Shown: piece by piece, positions 24,572-38,678 of the stretch | Position numbering within the stretch: position 1 is the first letter of the stretch | Layout: every line of letters starts with the position of its first letter | Notes under the pieces: model-generated | Told to the model about the DNA's origin: nothing | The model's input: the letters and a program-made list of their open reading frames with translations, nothing else | Databases searched by the model: none | Translations under genes and position numbers: made by a program | DNA from: Eledone cirrhosa | Lineage: Eukaryota | Assembly (NCBI GenBank): GCA_964016885.1 | Contig: OZ024741.1 | Coordinates: forward strand, 364,498,001-364,562,000 | Direction of reading: 5' to 3' | Length of the DNA: 64,000 bases

Positions 24572-27500
24572 TTAAAAATCAAATTTTTCATTCAAAAAAC
24601 ATTTCTGGGTTGAGCTTTTTATGTTATAGTGCTTTAATGAAGATACATGAGATTGTTTCTACATTGCATTCTCTAAGTAGCCATAAACATAGTGACTATT
24701 GAAAGAAGTAGATTTAAGTTATAAGCCCATGAATTTTCTAAAATGATTTGCAAACTAAATTACTTCAATTAAAATTAGAAACCAGGTTGTGAACAGCTTA
24801 CCAGGAACTTACGTTCTATTTTTCAACACTCATCCAAAGTCCAATATGTTGAAGAGTATTTGAAAAATATTGCTACTTTTTTATTTCTTATAATTTCTTT
24901 TGTTAATTTCAGTTATTTTTATTCACTTTAATCTATTCCTAGTTAGTGTCTCTTGTCAATCTATGCTCGATCTGTCTTCTTTTCTTTACTTATTCACACA
25001 CCAGAAAACTGAGATAAATATGTTTTTAGTTAATATGAGGAATTTTGTAGTTGTACTCTAATCTGAGACTGTGGAAGAGTCATTTTAGCCATTCAAAAAC
25101 ACACAAAAACTATGAACTTCGGTACCTATTTATCATTTATTTCTTGGTGCTAAAATTTTCATCACACCGTTTGGAACTGATCACCAACAGAGTTCTACTG
25201 TAACTCTAATATTTTTTTAAATTTAACTAAGTAAGACTTATTAACAATAATAATAGTTATAGTAGTTTATTAGACTTCCCCATTACTCTTTAAATGTTTA
25301 TTAGTTTTACATATATTTATAATATTTTATAAACAATTTCCAAGATAGGAAATTCAAATGTTTTTGAATGATTTAGTCAGAGAAGGGTAACAGCCAGGAC
25401 CATTTCTATGGTCTTTGAAACTGGTGGGATGATGTTATTCTTAGACCAGATACATGGCTTGAATGATTGCACCTCTAAAGAAACACTAAGGTCAGGTGGT
25501 GATGTTAAACCAGCGAAAAGAACAAGCATGGTTCCTTTGTGCTTTCTACATAATTTATATCTATCAAACTCTGCTCACTAGGATTTGGTCAACTTAAGGC
25601 TTTGGTAGAAGACATTTATCTAAGATGCCATGCTGTGGGGTTGAACCTGAATCCACCTAGTTGTGAATTGACCTTCGTAAACACACATTGAAAGTGAATG
25701 TTTTTTAATGCATATAGCTTTTCAAGTTATGCCTTTCTGATAATGCACATAGCTTTTCAAGTTATTATGCTTTTCTGATATTTTCATATTTTAAAGAAAT
25801 ATGTATTCATTTTGTAATGATTTCTTTGATAGGCAGCTAATTGGCAATCATTAGAGTGTCAGATTAAATGCTTTAGTATTTGTTCTGGATTTCTATCTCT
25901 GAGTTTAAATCCTGTCCTAGCTTACTTTGCCTTTCTTGGTCAATAAAAAAAGTACCGGTCCAGCAGGTGTGGTGGATTAGCAGAATTGTTAAAGAGTCGG
26001 ACAAGATGCTTTACAATATCTGTTCCAGCTCTGTGTGTTCTGAGTTCAAATCCTACCTCCTGTCACTGGAAAAGAGGTGATGCTTCTTTTATGAGTTGCA
26101 GCTGGGATATAGTATCAGCAAGGAAAAGGTCAATAGAAACATAAATTCGTTTGTCTAATTTGATGATTGGTTCCTTTTTCTTTGATTTTGTTATATGTGA
26201 CTTGTTCCTCTTTATGTAGTTTTGTTAATCCTTACTCAGAATCAGCATTAATTTCTTGATAACCCAACACTTACATATGTGAATAGGTTTTTATACTTGT
26301 ATACATATGCAGACATATCTATTGGGTGATATAGAATTAAATACAACAAAACATTGACAACTCTCTTATTCAAGCTCTTTATTCACAATTTATCAGCTTT
26401 TATAAATCTAAATAAGATATTGATGAACAAGATAATGACCTTAAATAAAATTAAAAATAAAATACTGGGTACAAGTTATATTAATAGAAACATATTTGTA
26501 CTAAATTTATTAGAAATAGAATATATACTATTTTCATGTAAACTAAGCTATTTGAATATATAGTGTATATTCAGATCCCATTATCACTAGAACCGAATCA
26601 CTTTTGTATCAGTTATCAGAAAAACCTGACTGATTAACCCTCTTGTTACCATATTTCTAATGAAATATACAATCTACATTTTACCAATTTGGTAAAATAT
26701 ATAACTTTCAGAATTAAGCTGATATTTGGAGCATTAATTAACAAACATTTCTGAAATAAAATCATGGTGAAACATTTTAAATGTAAATATGAACACATTA
26801 AAATGGGCAGTTTTAAGCCAGTTTGTATCAAGAGGGTTAAACAAAGCACATTTTAGTAAATTGTACATTATAGTCCATAAATACAAAACTACCATAGGTT
26901 TTCTAAATTTTATAATTGTATCTTTCATTTAAATATGTAAATAAACTATAGTTAACTTCCTTATCAAACATAAGACACTAATCTACTTTAAGAAAATAAT
27001 TCTATGAACCTATTAAGTTAGAAATATTCAATTATGCCTAATCATATAAATAATACATATGGTAAAACATTTCTACTCACAAATATAGCTTTTGACTTAC
27101 ACATTTATAAAATAACATGCTGTTTTAATTAACTTTTATTCTTAAAATAGTGATGAACCTTCTAGTATAAAACCTGTTCAATAATTTCAGAATTTATATT
27201 TTCCCTATGACATCATGATTCAATATTTAAAAGTTATATCAACCATGTCATTTCAAATTTTCAATTAGTTTTATTCAGGATGTTGGTTAAAAGGATGTTG
27301 GTTATATTACCACATTGAACTTTCATATAAATTATTATATATCCCATGCAATGTTTCAACCTGCATAATATAATATGTGACATCATTGCTATGTCTAATT
27401 CAAATCTGTACAGATTTTCGTTTAATATAAATAAATGTGCAGTTAAATATGATTAACCTCCATTGACCCAACCATTTATCAGATTCAGTGGAAATGATAT

Positions 27501-27636
27501 AAAAACAATAGCATATATATATTCAATGTGATAATAGCCATTTTTTAATAACAGAATCCAACTTGTGTAGTAGTATTTACTTGAAAAACATTTCCACAGC
27601 AAGTAATTCTTACTAAGTTTGAAAGTCGATTCAATA

Positions 27637-28032
27637 TAGGTACCAAACTATTTATCAAACAATCCTGGAATTGAAAGTGGTCCAGATTTCTGGATATGGG
27701 CAAAATATAGACTTAAAATATGGGATAAACAATGAAAAGTAAAAAACAAAACTGTATTTAACTGATACAATATGTTGATCCACAATATGCTGATCCACAA
27801 TATGTTGATTTACTATATATTTGGCATCTGTTCTTTGAGCCATGGTGTTTGCATGTTGCAGAGCAGTCATTTTTTAACAAAATCACTCCTAAGATTTTAT
27901 GTTATGGTTGAAAACTATAACATAAATCAGCAAAGACTAAACGTTTATGGGTTGGTGGAAGACAAAACAAGCAAATTTCAGATTTCAGGAATTTTCAGAT
28001 TTCAGGAACCCAGATAAATAGTTCGGTACCTG
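27637..28032. mobile_element. pogo/Tigger-like MITE
   Basis: TIRs aggtaccaaactatttatc / gataaatagttcggtacct. Confidence 0.75.
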
Positions 28033-28365
28033 CAAAATAAATAAACTGGTATACTAACAAATATTAGCCCCTTGTATATGTAAATAATTTATTAACACTT
28101 CGTTTTAAACTAGGAGGTTCTTCACTAAATAAACAAATAGAACTTGTAGTGGTTATTCTGAAACAACATCTACACTATCCTTTTAAATATACTTCTTTAA
28201 AAATGTTTCTAAATTTCTAAATTCACTGCAAAAAGCTTAGAAAGAAAATAACATAATTATAATAATTTTTGTAAACAAATATCTTGAGATTTCCCTCTCT
28301 GTCGGACATATTTGTCCACATCCACAAATCCACAAAATATAATTGCCTTATGTCATTCTGTAAAG

Positions 28366-28401
28366 TAAAATTTCAACTTTGCATGCTGCGATTTCAAAGC
28401 A
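28366..28401 (+). CDS. Candidate 36-nt symmetric phase-2 exon (KISTLHAAISK)
   Basis: Weak AAG acceptor, strong GCA|GTAAGT donor, open frame, YCAY cluster upstream, TGCATG inside. Confidence 0.35.
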
Positions 28402-28969
28402 GTAAGTGTGCTTGTGCCGCATGTTAAATATATTTGTTAAAACATCCGCGCTTTGATTTTTTCGTTGTTTGAGCACCTAAAAAAACTGTTTACTGCTGTG
28501 ATGTTTTTTCATCTAAACATCCATCTTGTCTCATCTGATCTGACTTTGACAAGAAGAAAAAGCATTTGAAAAAGCAATTATGTTTGCATCCTTTGCTTGC
28601 AAGAAAAAAAAAAAATAATAAAAAAAAAAAAAGCAAGAAACTGACCATCAGGAAAATTTAGCTTGCTTAGTTATTCTGCCTGGCAAGCAAATTGTAGCTT
28701 AATTGTAGCCTCAGATAGCCAAATGGAATATCATTTTGGTTGTTTTATATAGCTGTATTATTCAACTTAAAGAAATTATGTTCTGTAAAAATTTTCTTTG
28801 GTAGTATGATAGTTGAATCAACAGTCCAACTATCACTCTTCTCTTCTCTTATTTTATGTTAAGTTTTCTTGTCACATTTCCTTTCTTCTCACAGGTTCTA
28901 TATAAATGATAAAACACATGTACACATATATTATGTGTGTTTGAGTATGAATATGGGCATATACATATT

Positions 28970-29509
28970 ATATATATATATGATATATATATATATATAT
29001 ATGATATAAATATATATGAGATACATATATGACATATATATGACATATATGATATATATATGACATGTATATGATACATATATGATATATATATGACATG
29101 TATATGATACATATATGATATATATGACATATATATGACATATATATGACATATATATGATATATATATGACATATATATGATACATATATGACATATAT
29201 ATCATATATATATGACATATACATGATATATATATATATATGACATATATGATATATATATGCCATATATATATGACATATATATATGATATATATATGA
29301 CATATATATATATGACATATATATATGATATATATATGACATATATATATGATATATATATGACATATATAGGACATATATATGACGTATATATGATGAT
29401 GATATGATGCTGATATGACATATATTTGACTTATATACATCATATATATGTCATATATGACATATATACATCATATATATGTCATATTTGACATATATAT
29501 GATATATAT

Positions 29510-29560
<51 letters not shown>
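28970..29560. repeat. Degenerate (ATATATATGAC/ATATGAT)n minisatellite grading into (TA)n
   Basis: Directly visible. It produces the spurious I/Y/S/H ORFs. Confidence 0.9.
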
Positions 29561-29565
<5 letters not shown>

Positions 29566-29833
29566 GTATTTGGTGGGTGCCATAGAATAGGAATTAAGTT
29601 CTTGGTAAATCAAGTTCACAATACTATTTTGCTAACAAGCTGAAGATATTACACTTAATTTTGTGCAACTAAAAGACTTTGAAAAAGTATGATTTCTACA
29701 ACACTCAATGTCAGATTAAAGCCTATATGAATCATGCAAGGGAAAAAAACCACCTCATTGTACCATCCATAGCACATTATGACAGTAGGTATGCTTCATC
29801 ATATATATATATTGCTATTTCAAACTTGCTCAG

Positions 29834-29851
29834 TTTCAAAACAAACTTATC

Positions 29852-29917
<66 letters not shown>

Positions 29918-29935
29918 GATAAGTTTGTTTTGAAA
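29834..29935. repeat. 102-bp perfect palindrome centred on (AT)30
   Basis: tttcaaaacaaacttatctac-(AT)30-gtagataagtttgttttgaaa. Confidence 0.92.
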
Positions 29936-30277
29936 TAGCAATAGCTTTCACCGTATTTTCTTTTTAAAGAAATTTTAGCCTGATAATGGGGTTCAGATCC
30001 CTCTAAGAAATGAAAAAAGATGAGTATATATGTATGTATGTGTGTATGAATTTATATAGTAATTCAGGATGACACAAAAGGATAGGCGAGCAAACAAAAA
30101 ATATGCACAAGAATAAGGACAATGTATATACAGTAAAAATATGTGACGAGTAGAAAGAAGGATTTGGGTTAAACCATTTATAAACATAGAGTAAGAAAAC
30201 AAAAGAATTAAAAAAATTTGGAAAGATACCAGGCTGGAGAACTAATCTGGTTTAAATGGATATATCCTGTGTACATG

Positions 30278-30318
<41 letters not shown>

Positions 30319-31984
30319 AGAAAGAAACGATTATTAGGAAGAAAACTATTTTTTTTTCCTTATTTTATTCTCTTTTTTCTGGGTTAGAAAATGTTTAAAA
30401 CAAAATATATATATATATAATGCATATATATATATATATATACATGTACATATATTTGTGAGATCTAAATTTGTAATCATTTTTGGGAATGTTTTTAACT
30501 GGCTAAAAATTTTTAGTTTATCTTAACTCTTCCATTACCATATTTCTAATGAGATACACCACTGCTTATGATTATCAACTATTTCTTTGGAAAATAATCA
30601 AGAATTTTGAGGGATTTAGTTATGTAACTAAATTTTTCATTAATAAACCAGTGTTTGGAATATAACTTACCAAGACTGTTTGGTATGAAAATGGTTAATC
30701 TAAAAATACAAAACATGGAAAGTTGACATAGTTTGTATAGAGTGAAGAAAAAGCTGGTTTGATATAAGGATTGATTTTAAAAGAATTGTTCAAATAATTA
30801 TATAATTTATATTTTAAGACACTTGTTAATAAAACAATTAATTTCTTATAGTTGCGATGCAATTAATGTTGCCATAATGATTATTTCGCTTCTAGCTGTT
30901 TAACATTTAAATTTCAATTAATCACAAAATTAGTTATGTTATACTAATTTAGTCTCATTCTTTTCAAATCTATTTTAGGATAGAGTATTTCTAAATAACT
31001 TTAGATATCATGAGGAAGAGGGATTTATTGATACACACACACACATATATATATATACATATATATATTATTGTCGTTTTAATGTCCGCTTTCCCTAATA
31101 TATATAAATGATGCATATATATACAGGATATCTGTAAATGAAAGGTCAATGAAAAATGCTCAATCCAGTACAAGAGAGCTTATTTAGTTTATATTACAGT
31201 TCATACACTTAACATAATGTGCAACGTTAGGTCCAGTTATGGCCACCACTGTATAGTGGAGTAGCCATTCTAAAACTAACCCCTCTCATCAGCTGAAAGG
31301 ACAAATGAAGAAAATAAATGTTACTTTACAGTTAATATTCATGTCATAAAGAGTTCCCCTCAGAAACAAAGGGGTGTAACTTCCAAAAGCCAGGAGATTA
31401 TAATTTTATATGTACAGAGGTGCATGTAATTAACTTTGAATTGATGTGTATCTACAATATATGAATAACTTAAGTCGTAAGTTTTTTTTTTGGGGGGGGG
31501 GGTAACCTTAAAGGAGCTCAGTAGATTACAGATAAAGCTCATGTATCATAACAGGATCATCTTTAAATTGTCAAATGGAGATAATTTCTCCTGAGGAATT
31601 TTGGAGTAAGGTGCAGACATTTTTTTTACACATATCCATGTATGAAAGTCGTATAGATAGTTATGAATAGAAATGTACGTGTGCTAGCTTGTGTGTAATC
31701 TAATTTTGTAGATCTTAAACCTCTTTTTAAAAACCTTTTCTTATAATTTCCTAAAAATTAAAACCCAGATACTCAAAAATAGAAGGGTCCATGATGTGGT
31801 ATATATATATTGTGTGTGTGTGTGAGGGGGGGGGGTCTGTATATGTGTATTTTTGTATGTGTACATGTAACAGAAAGCAGGGTCATGGAGGATTTGGTGG
31901 GTCTGATGAGTGGGCATTTTGGAGGGTAGGTTTCCATCTGGACAAGAGGTGGCTTTTCAGATGCAAACAATGTCTAAAGATCAC

Positions 31985-33010
31985 AGTTTTATAGTTTAGA
32001 TACTTGTTTGGTGAGTACAATCCTTGCAAAATCTTAAATTTTTCATTGTGGCAGAGTGGGCATCAATTAGTTTCATTGGTGTATGGCGTGGCTAATCCAA
32101 GTACTTTCCATGTTATTTTGTGCAGTACTCCTTTTTCTTTTAACTGCCATACTTTTATTGCCAGCACTATGTTGGTTTTCAAATTGGGATGCCTCAATGA
32201 GGAGAGTTGTGAATAGAACCTTTGTTTAAAGCAGTCCTGCATCATGCCCACATATTTTCACTGGTTTCTGGCTGGTTGGTGTTGATATATTTAATTTCTA
32301 CCTTGTGACCATGGACTTTACATTACAATTTCTTTTTTGTAATGCAGTCATCTTATATTTTGCATGAGCATCCTGGATTTACATCTGGTTTGTTCTTTGT
32401 GGTGATTTTGGGTTTCATAGGTGGTGGGCAAGAATAAGTTATCCTCAACTAGCAGTGATTAAATATCTTACTGGAGCTATGTTATGGGTGAAAATTAATT
32501 TGGTCTAAGAATCTCTTACTTACATTTTTCCTTGAATTAAGTCAATTGGGTGGAGCAGATTTTTTTTATATTTCTATTTTTAGGTTGGGGTCTATTGGGT
32601 ATGTACTTGGTCTCTTTGAATCCACTATCTCAGATGGCCTTGTTGTAATATGCCTAATATAGCAGTAGAATCTTGAGCCTGGTATCTAATAGGGAGATAT
32701 TTGAGAAGGCAGCACCATACTGAAAAAAAGCCCTCTGAGATAGTAGGTTTAGAGAAGAGATCAAGTACACACCCAATAGATCTCAGCTGTATTGTAGTTG
32801 GAGGAGAAATATTTAACAAGATCCTTGAAAGTAGTTTAGCTGTGAGTGTTTATGCTTGTAAATTATACATCAGATTATACCATACAACTACATTTAAAAA
32901 GTGATAGATTTGTATTGTAATATTTTACTTTTCCTTTCTATCAACCTTGACTCAGTACTTCCCTATAATAGTTGGATGCAATATTGAAAACCTCCCCATC
33001 AAAAAATAAC
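31985..33010 (-). mobile_element. Decayed Penelope-like element (second family), RT C-terminus and GIY-YIG
   Basis: FKQRFYSQLSSLRH...KVWQLKEKG...ITWKVLGLATPYTNETN followed by a CPLC remnant. Confidence 0.75.
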
Positions 33011-35266
33011 TTAGAAAGCTGCAAGGATATGGTTAAAATAGATTTTTTAATATATATTTTATTAGGGAGCATTTGATAATTTGGGGATATATTGTAATTT
33101 TGCATTTATTTTTGTTTTGTTTTTTTATAAAGTGCATATTGAGAGTTATCAAGGTTAAAGAAAACTTTAAATAATTAACAATTTTGATTATGAATGCTTT
33201 GAGAATCTGTTACAATGCAAATTAAAAACACAAGAGTGAAAACTAGAGTAGAGGTTTCACAATGCTTCATATAAACTATACTGCTTTAGTAATTTTGATG
33301 TGAGTTTTAACTCTAATTCAGAAGCTTAAGTTTTTGTAGAATGTATGGAGACTCTTTCAAAATTTATCTGTAGTTTGTGACTTAAAATGACATAATAGTA
33401 ATAGTACATCAGTATGATATGCAGCACAATATATCTGACCTTTGGTTGAATATTTTGAACACATATCTATGTATGTTCATAGACTACCTGTTTAGGAGGG
33501 AAGTGACTTTGAATGGAAACTAATGCAGAGTTGGTTCATCTTGAATGGGCCAACTTCTCTAGTGCTTGTGTCTCAGTGAATTACTCTGAGAATGTAGTTG
33601 TTGATAGAAAGGACATCAGGCTATAAAAAAAAAATCACTGAAGTGGAAAGTATGGATAGGATATGGTCCCTATAAAATGCATTATGGTTTACCTGTGGAT
33701 TTGGGGTAGAGATTTAGAATAGGAAGTAATTCAGCCTCTTTGGTGCCAGTGGCACGAGGAAATTCATTCTGCATCCTCTGTGAAGTAGCTAGTAATGGAC
33801 ATAGTATCTAGCCATATAGGCCATGCCATGAGGGGAATGTACAAATAAGATATGGACATTGCAAACTACATCACTGGCTACTAATCTAGATGTGTAGTAA
33901 CATCAAGTTGAAGCTAATACAGGATTGTAGGCATTAGTTAAATACTTTGAAATGATTAAAATATAAATTTATGTTCAACTTACCAAGATAATTTGTTTCT
34001 TATCTTTTTTTGATGTTGTTTTAAAGTTCATGATAATAAATACTGTAATTTTCCTAATTCTAAAATTAGTTTATGTATGTTATTCTGTTTGCTAGGAAGA
34101 TTTATTAGGTTAATTTATATGATTTTATTTTTTAAATTTCGGTTTTAACTTGATTTTATTGAATATAATCTTTATCTGTAAAAACAAACAATCAATCAAA
34201 AAACATTTTTTGATAAAATTTAAATATTTGATTGTAGGAAGTTATAAAAACTCTTTTCCCACCCTCCAAAACCCATACTTCATTTTTAAACATAACTTTA
34301 ATATTTTAGTACTTCTGAGACATCATTGTTTAGTAAAATAGACTGCTTGTGTGTTTCCTTCCATTTTGTAAATCAGTCTGGAAGAGGATTAGCAAAATAA
34401 TTAAATTCTCCTTTATTAAGCAAGTTTTTACATAACATTACGATGGAAGGTTTTAATTTAAGCATAAACACTTTAAAACAGATAGTTTTATATCATAGAA
34501 ACCTGAGCAGTTTCGGTTACATTTATATCAAAGGGTTAAATACATTCTTTTAAAATATTTTAAATGCTCAACTTTATTATTGGTATAAGGATTTGAGATC
34601 ATCTAGTTCATACAAGGGAGTAATAATGTATTGATAAAAATGTTATAGGTTAATATATAGAAACAATGTTCGTTTATGTTTGTAATTCCTATCCAATCCT
34701 TTGTAATACACTGTAATAATTCAAAGATAAACTATTCTTCAGTTGTCATACAATGCATTGTGATGAATTGTTTTTAATGTCACACAAGCACATATGTCAA
34801 GTAAAAGTGATTGTTAATATTCACATGCACATACACATATATGTAGTGACCACAAAAGAATGTTGCTATGTCTAATGTCTAATAATTTCATTCTCCCATG
34901 TGATAGAAGGGTGAAACTAACAAATGTATATCTTTGAGAATTATTTGATGTGATCAGGTCAAATATAGTTTTTTTATTTTCTGACTTTCTGGCCTCTTTA
35001 ATCCTCCCTTTATGTTGGTAATGACATATATCTTATTTGAGATATATTATGCTATATGTATTGAACCTCAATTCTTGTTTCACACTTCCATTATTCATAA
35101 TGAAATTAGGCATTAGTCTTGCATAGATCTTTTGTAAACTTTTGTTATTATGTATGTGTGTTTGTGTGTATGACAAGCTGCACTACATATATGTGAGCAT
35201 AATGAAACTGCACCTCCATATTAAACTTACCCAACTGATTGAAGCATTTTATTAGGGTGCACCAGT

Positions 35267-35321
<55 letters not shown>

Positions 35322-35664
35322 CATTATCATTTTTTTTTTTTTCGTTTATTGAAATGTGACAAATTTTATTAGTTGAAATGATATTTCAACTGTAAGTAAC
35401 ATAATCATCAAAATTCTATAGTTTTATAATTACGTTGAGAAGAATACTAAAAAATATTTTTATAGAAACAGAACATTGTTCTATGTGACGCACACGTGCA
35501 TGTTTATATGTTCACACTGCATTCTTCTCCGTGTCACATGCAATATAATTGATGTAAAAAAAAGTGTCCCTTCATCAATAGAACTGAGTAGTTAGCTAAT
35601 AATTTTGCCTTTGTTGACCAATCACTTATTGAAGTTGAAGTTACATAATGTTTCTTCTTTTTAG

Positions 35665-35679
35665 CTATTTTGTATTCAA
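35665..35679 (+). CDS. Candidate 15-nt symmetric phase-2 microexon (YFVF)
   Basis: tttcttctttttAG|CTATTTTGTATTCAA|GTAAGC. Both sites strong, no stop. Confidence 0.55.
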
Positions 35680-35786
35680 GTAAGCTAGACATTATTTTTA
35701 GTCAACAACAATTGCTTTATCTTTATTAATTGTTTCCTTCCTGCTGTCTCTGAACTGAAAGTAAATTAATTTTCCTATCACATCCT

Positions 35787-36436
35787 GTATAATGCTTTGT
35801 TTTATGACTAAGATTTTTTTGTATCAAAGATTTTCATTTAAGATAGCAATATAATTTATATTGTCTGTCTCTGTTTCAAAATACAATTTGTTTCATTTTG
35901 ATTTTGATAAATTATTTCAATAAATAATGTATTACATATATATTTGAAATATTCTAAAAGTTAAACAGAATTTATCATCAGTTTAAGCAATTCATTAAGT
36001 TGGCATTAGTTATATTTTTGTGCTTGACTTGTTGGTTTATGTTAATTAAGACAAAACTAGATTTAGTAATGGGCACTTAACCACTGTTAATTAACTAATA
36101 TTAATTCATCTTGATATATTTTATAATGCTTGTTTTATGACTAGATATTTTACTTATTTATTTATTTGTATTACAGATTTTCATTTAAGATAGCAACATA
36201 ATTTATATTTTCTGTCTCAAAAATATCAATTTGTTTCATTTTGAATTTTGAAAATAAATTTAAATAAAGAATATATTGATATATTTTTCAAACTGAATGT
36301 ATTATCAGTTTAAGCCATAAATATATTCATTAAGTTGGTATTCATCATATCTTTGTTAGTTTATGTTGATTAAAAAAATAAAACTGGATTTAGTAATGGA
36401 CATTTACTGATGTTAATTCACTTAATAACTAATATC
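35787..36436 (+). repeat. Diverged tandem duplication, about 330-bp unit x2
   Basis: Collinear blocks (tataatgct..tgttttatgacta, gattttcatttaagatagcaa, ttcattaagttgg, gatttagtaatgg) at 35787+ and 36122+. Confidence 0.85.
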
Positions 36437-38592
36437 AAACACTAATTAAATTCTAATCATTATTTAAATCATAGTTGTTTGAAAATAATATATTATATTT
36501 TTACTTTTACCATTAGATCACATATTACATATTATATTATAGAGGTTTCCTATTCATGTAGAACATGTATTAATTTCAGCAGTTATGTATTTACCAGATA
36601 CATTATTTGTGGAATTGTACTCTTCTGGCAAGTGACTTGATCTGAGACTGTTTGTTGAATCTAATCATTTCAGGCATTCAAAATCACACTAAACTTTTAA
36701 ATTGACTTTACATTAATCATTTATCTCTTGGTGTCAACATTTTTATTGTGCTTTTAACAAACTGGTCACTGACATAGTTCAACTGCAACTTAAGTGACTA
36801 TATCTCAAACAGTATGATGAAAATTTAGATTTCCAAGAAATAGTGATTACTGTAAGTAAAGTTAACAGTTTTTATGTGTTTCTGAATCACTGAAATGAAT
36901 CTTTCACAATGTAATGAATTGTTGCACCATATTATTGAAAGTATTACAGGAAGTATTTTCTCTGACATTTTCTTCCATTGTCTACAATAAACAATAAAAT
37001 AGCAATGTCATTTCAATAAATCTTTATTGTTTCAGTTATCATTATCAAATGTAAATGGTGAACTACATTTAAATGAAAATTTAATTTAAAATTATAGCCT
37101 CAATTATTTAGCATAACAATGTGATTATCTAATGTTAATATAAAATTACATTTTTGTTGGATAATGATAGAAATATGTAGTGAAATTATTGTATTTTCAT
37201 GTATATTAACCATCTAAATGCTTTGTTATTAACATTTTGTATAAAGTAAATAGAGTCTCTGGCAGTTTTACAAAGAGTATTCCAATTATATTAACAACTG
37301 AACTGCCTACTCATTAAATTAGTGTGTAAATAACAACCACAAAAGTGTTTTATGCCTATTTTCACTGCAAAGGTAGAAATTGGCCTTGTGGGCTCCATGA
37401 CAAATTTCATACTAATCATGGAATTTTATTTGAAAAATGCTTTATGGCTGGATAACCTTCCTGCTACCAACTCTTTTTTTCCATCTCTTATGACATGCAG
37501 GGATACATTGTACCTATTCTAAAGTTAATTATTTAATAATTTGTTGTATTATTGGGTAAGTGACTGAGCATTCTCCAGACACTTTTACCCTTAATATAAT
37601 TCTCTGGTAGAATCATCGTGACACTCTCTGTGACAAAGTCTGTTGCATTACAGGTTCAGATCATCTGATTAGCATCTGCACAATTTCTGTCTACCCAATT
37701 TTATTCACAAGATTTGGGTCAACCCAAGACTTTGGTAAAATATACTTGCCCTAGATGTCACACAGTAGAATCAAACTTGAGACCACATGATTGTGAAGCA
37801 AACCTCTTACCACTTTGTCAATTTTTTGGTAAACACACACAGATGAATAGACTTTCCATTTTTTTTACACACATACACACTCAGATTAAATACATCGTAT
37901 GCCATTGATTTCTGCAACATAGTATGCTTTATGTGAATAGTTTGCAGGCTCAACACACTTCTTCAGGAGAAAGAAGGGCCTTCTCTTAAAAAAGTCTGTA
38001 TTTTTCAGACATAGGCTTCTTAATCAACCCTCTACACCTACTAATAAACTATTCTTTACTGCTCTTTATAGTAAAATGTTTATCTAAATAGGAACCCATT
38101 CAAGGGTGTAGCTTTGTTTCTTAGAACCACAGACAGTATTAGTCATTTTGTTTTGTTGTAATTAACCAATTAGTCACCAGGAAAAGAAGGGAAGTGTTTG
38201 TGCCACTTCAGAGCTTCCAAGACCTTGCTTGAATCATTACAACTGAATGAACTCCACTGAAGCCACTCTCATGCCAGATGGTGGTTTTAAAACAGTTAAA
38301 AATCAATAGAAACACTAGTTTTTAGAAATTTCAATAATAAATATTTAATTATCCTTTACTTTGGAAAATACTTATGGAGTTTTTGACAAGATATTAAAAT
38401 GCTTTATGCTGTTGTTGGAAGAGAAGGCTAGAATGGATATCTGTATGCTTCACTTAGTTAAGTCATTCTGTTATTATTTGTCTGAAAAACTGATATGGTG
38501 TTAGATGTTTAAAAGCTTAAATTAAAAATTTTATCTGGTTGGACAGTGTCAATTCAGTTTTAAAGAAATTTTTAATAACTTTTTCTTAAACT

Positions 38593-38678
<86 letters not shown>

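Noticed and set aside
27767-27810. 15-bp unit repeated three times (caatatg.tgatcca)
   Set aside because: Simple tandem slippage inside a MITE. There are no spacers, so it is not CRISPR-like.
35371-35391. 19-nt segment forming a 9-bp palindrome between AG and GTAAGT
   Set aside because: Frame-shifting with an immediate stop, and the stem is AT-rich and short.
36813-36851. 39-nt AG...GTAAGT segment (also 39522-39551 and 42263-42298), considered as stop exons rescued by A-to-I editing
   Set aside because: Each has multiple or non-UAG in-frame stops, so single UAG->UIG recoding cannot open the frame. They show the chance background for the exon array.
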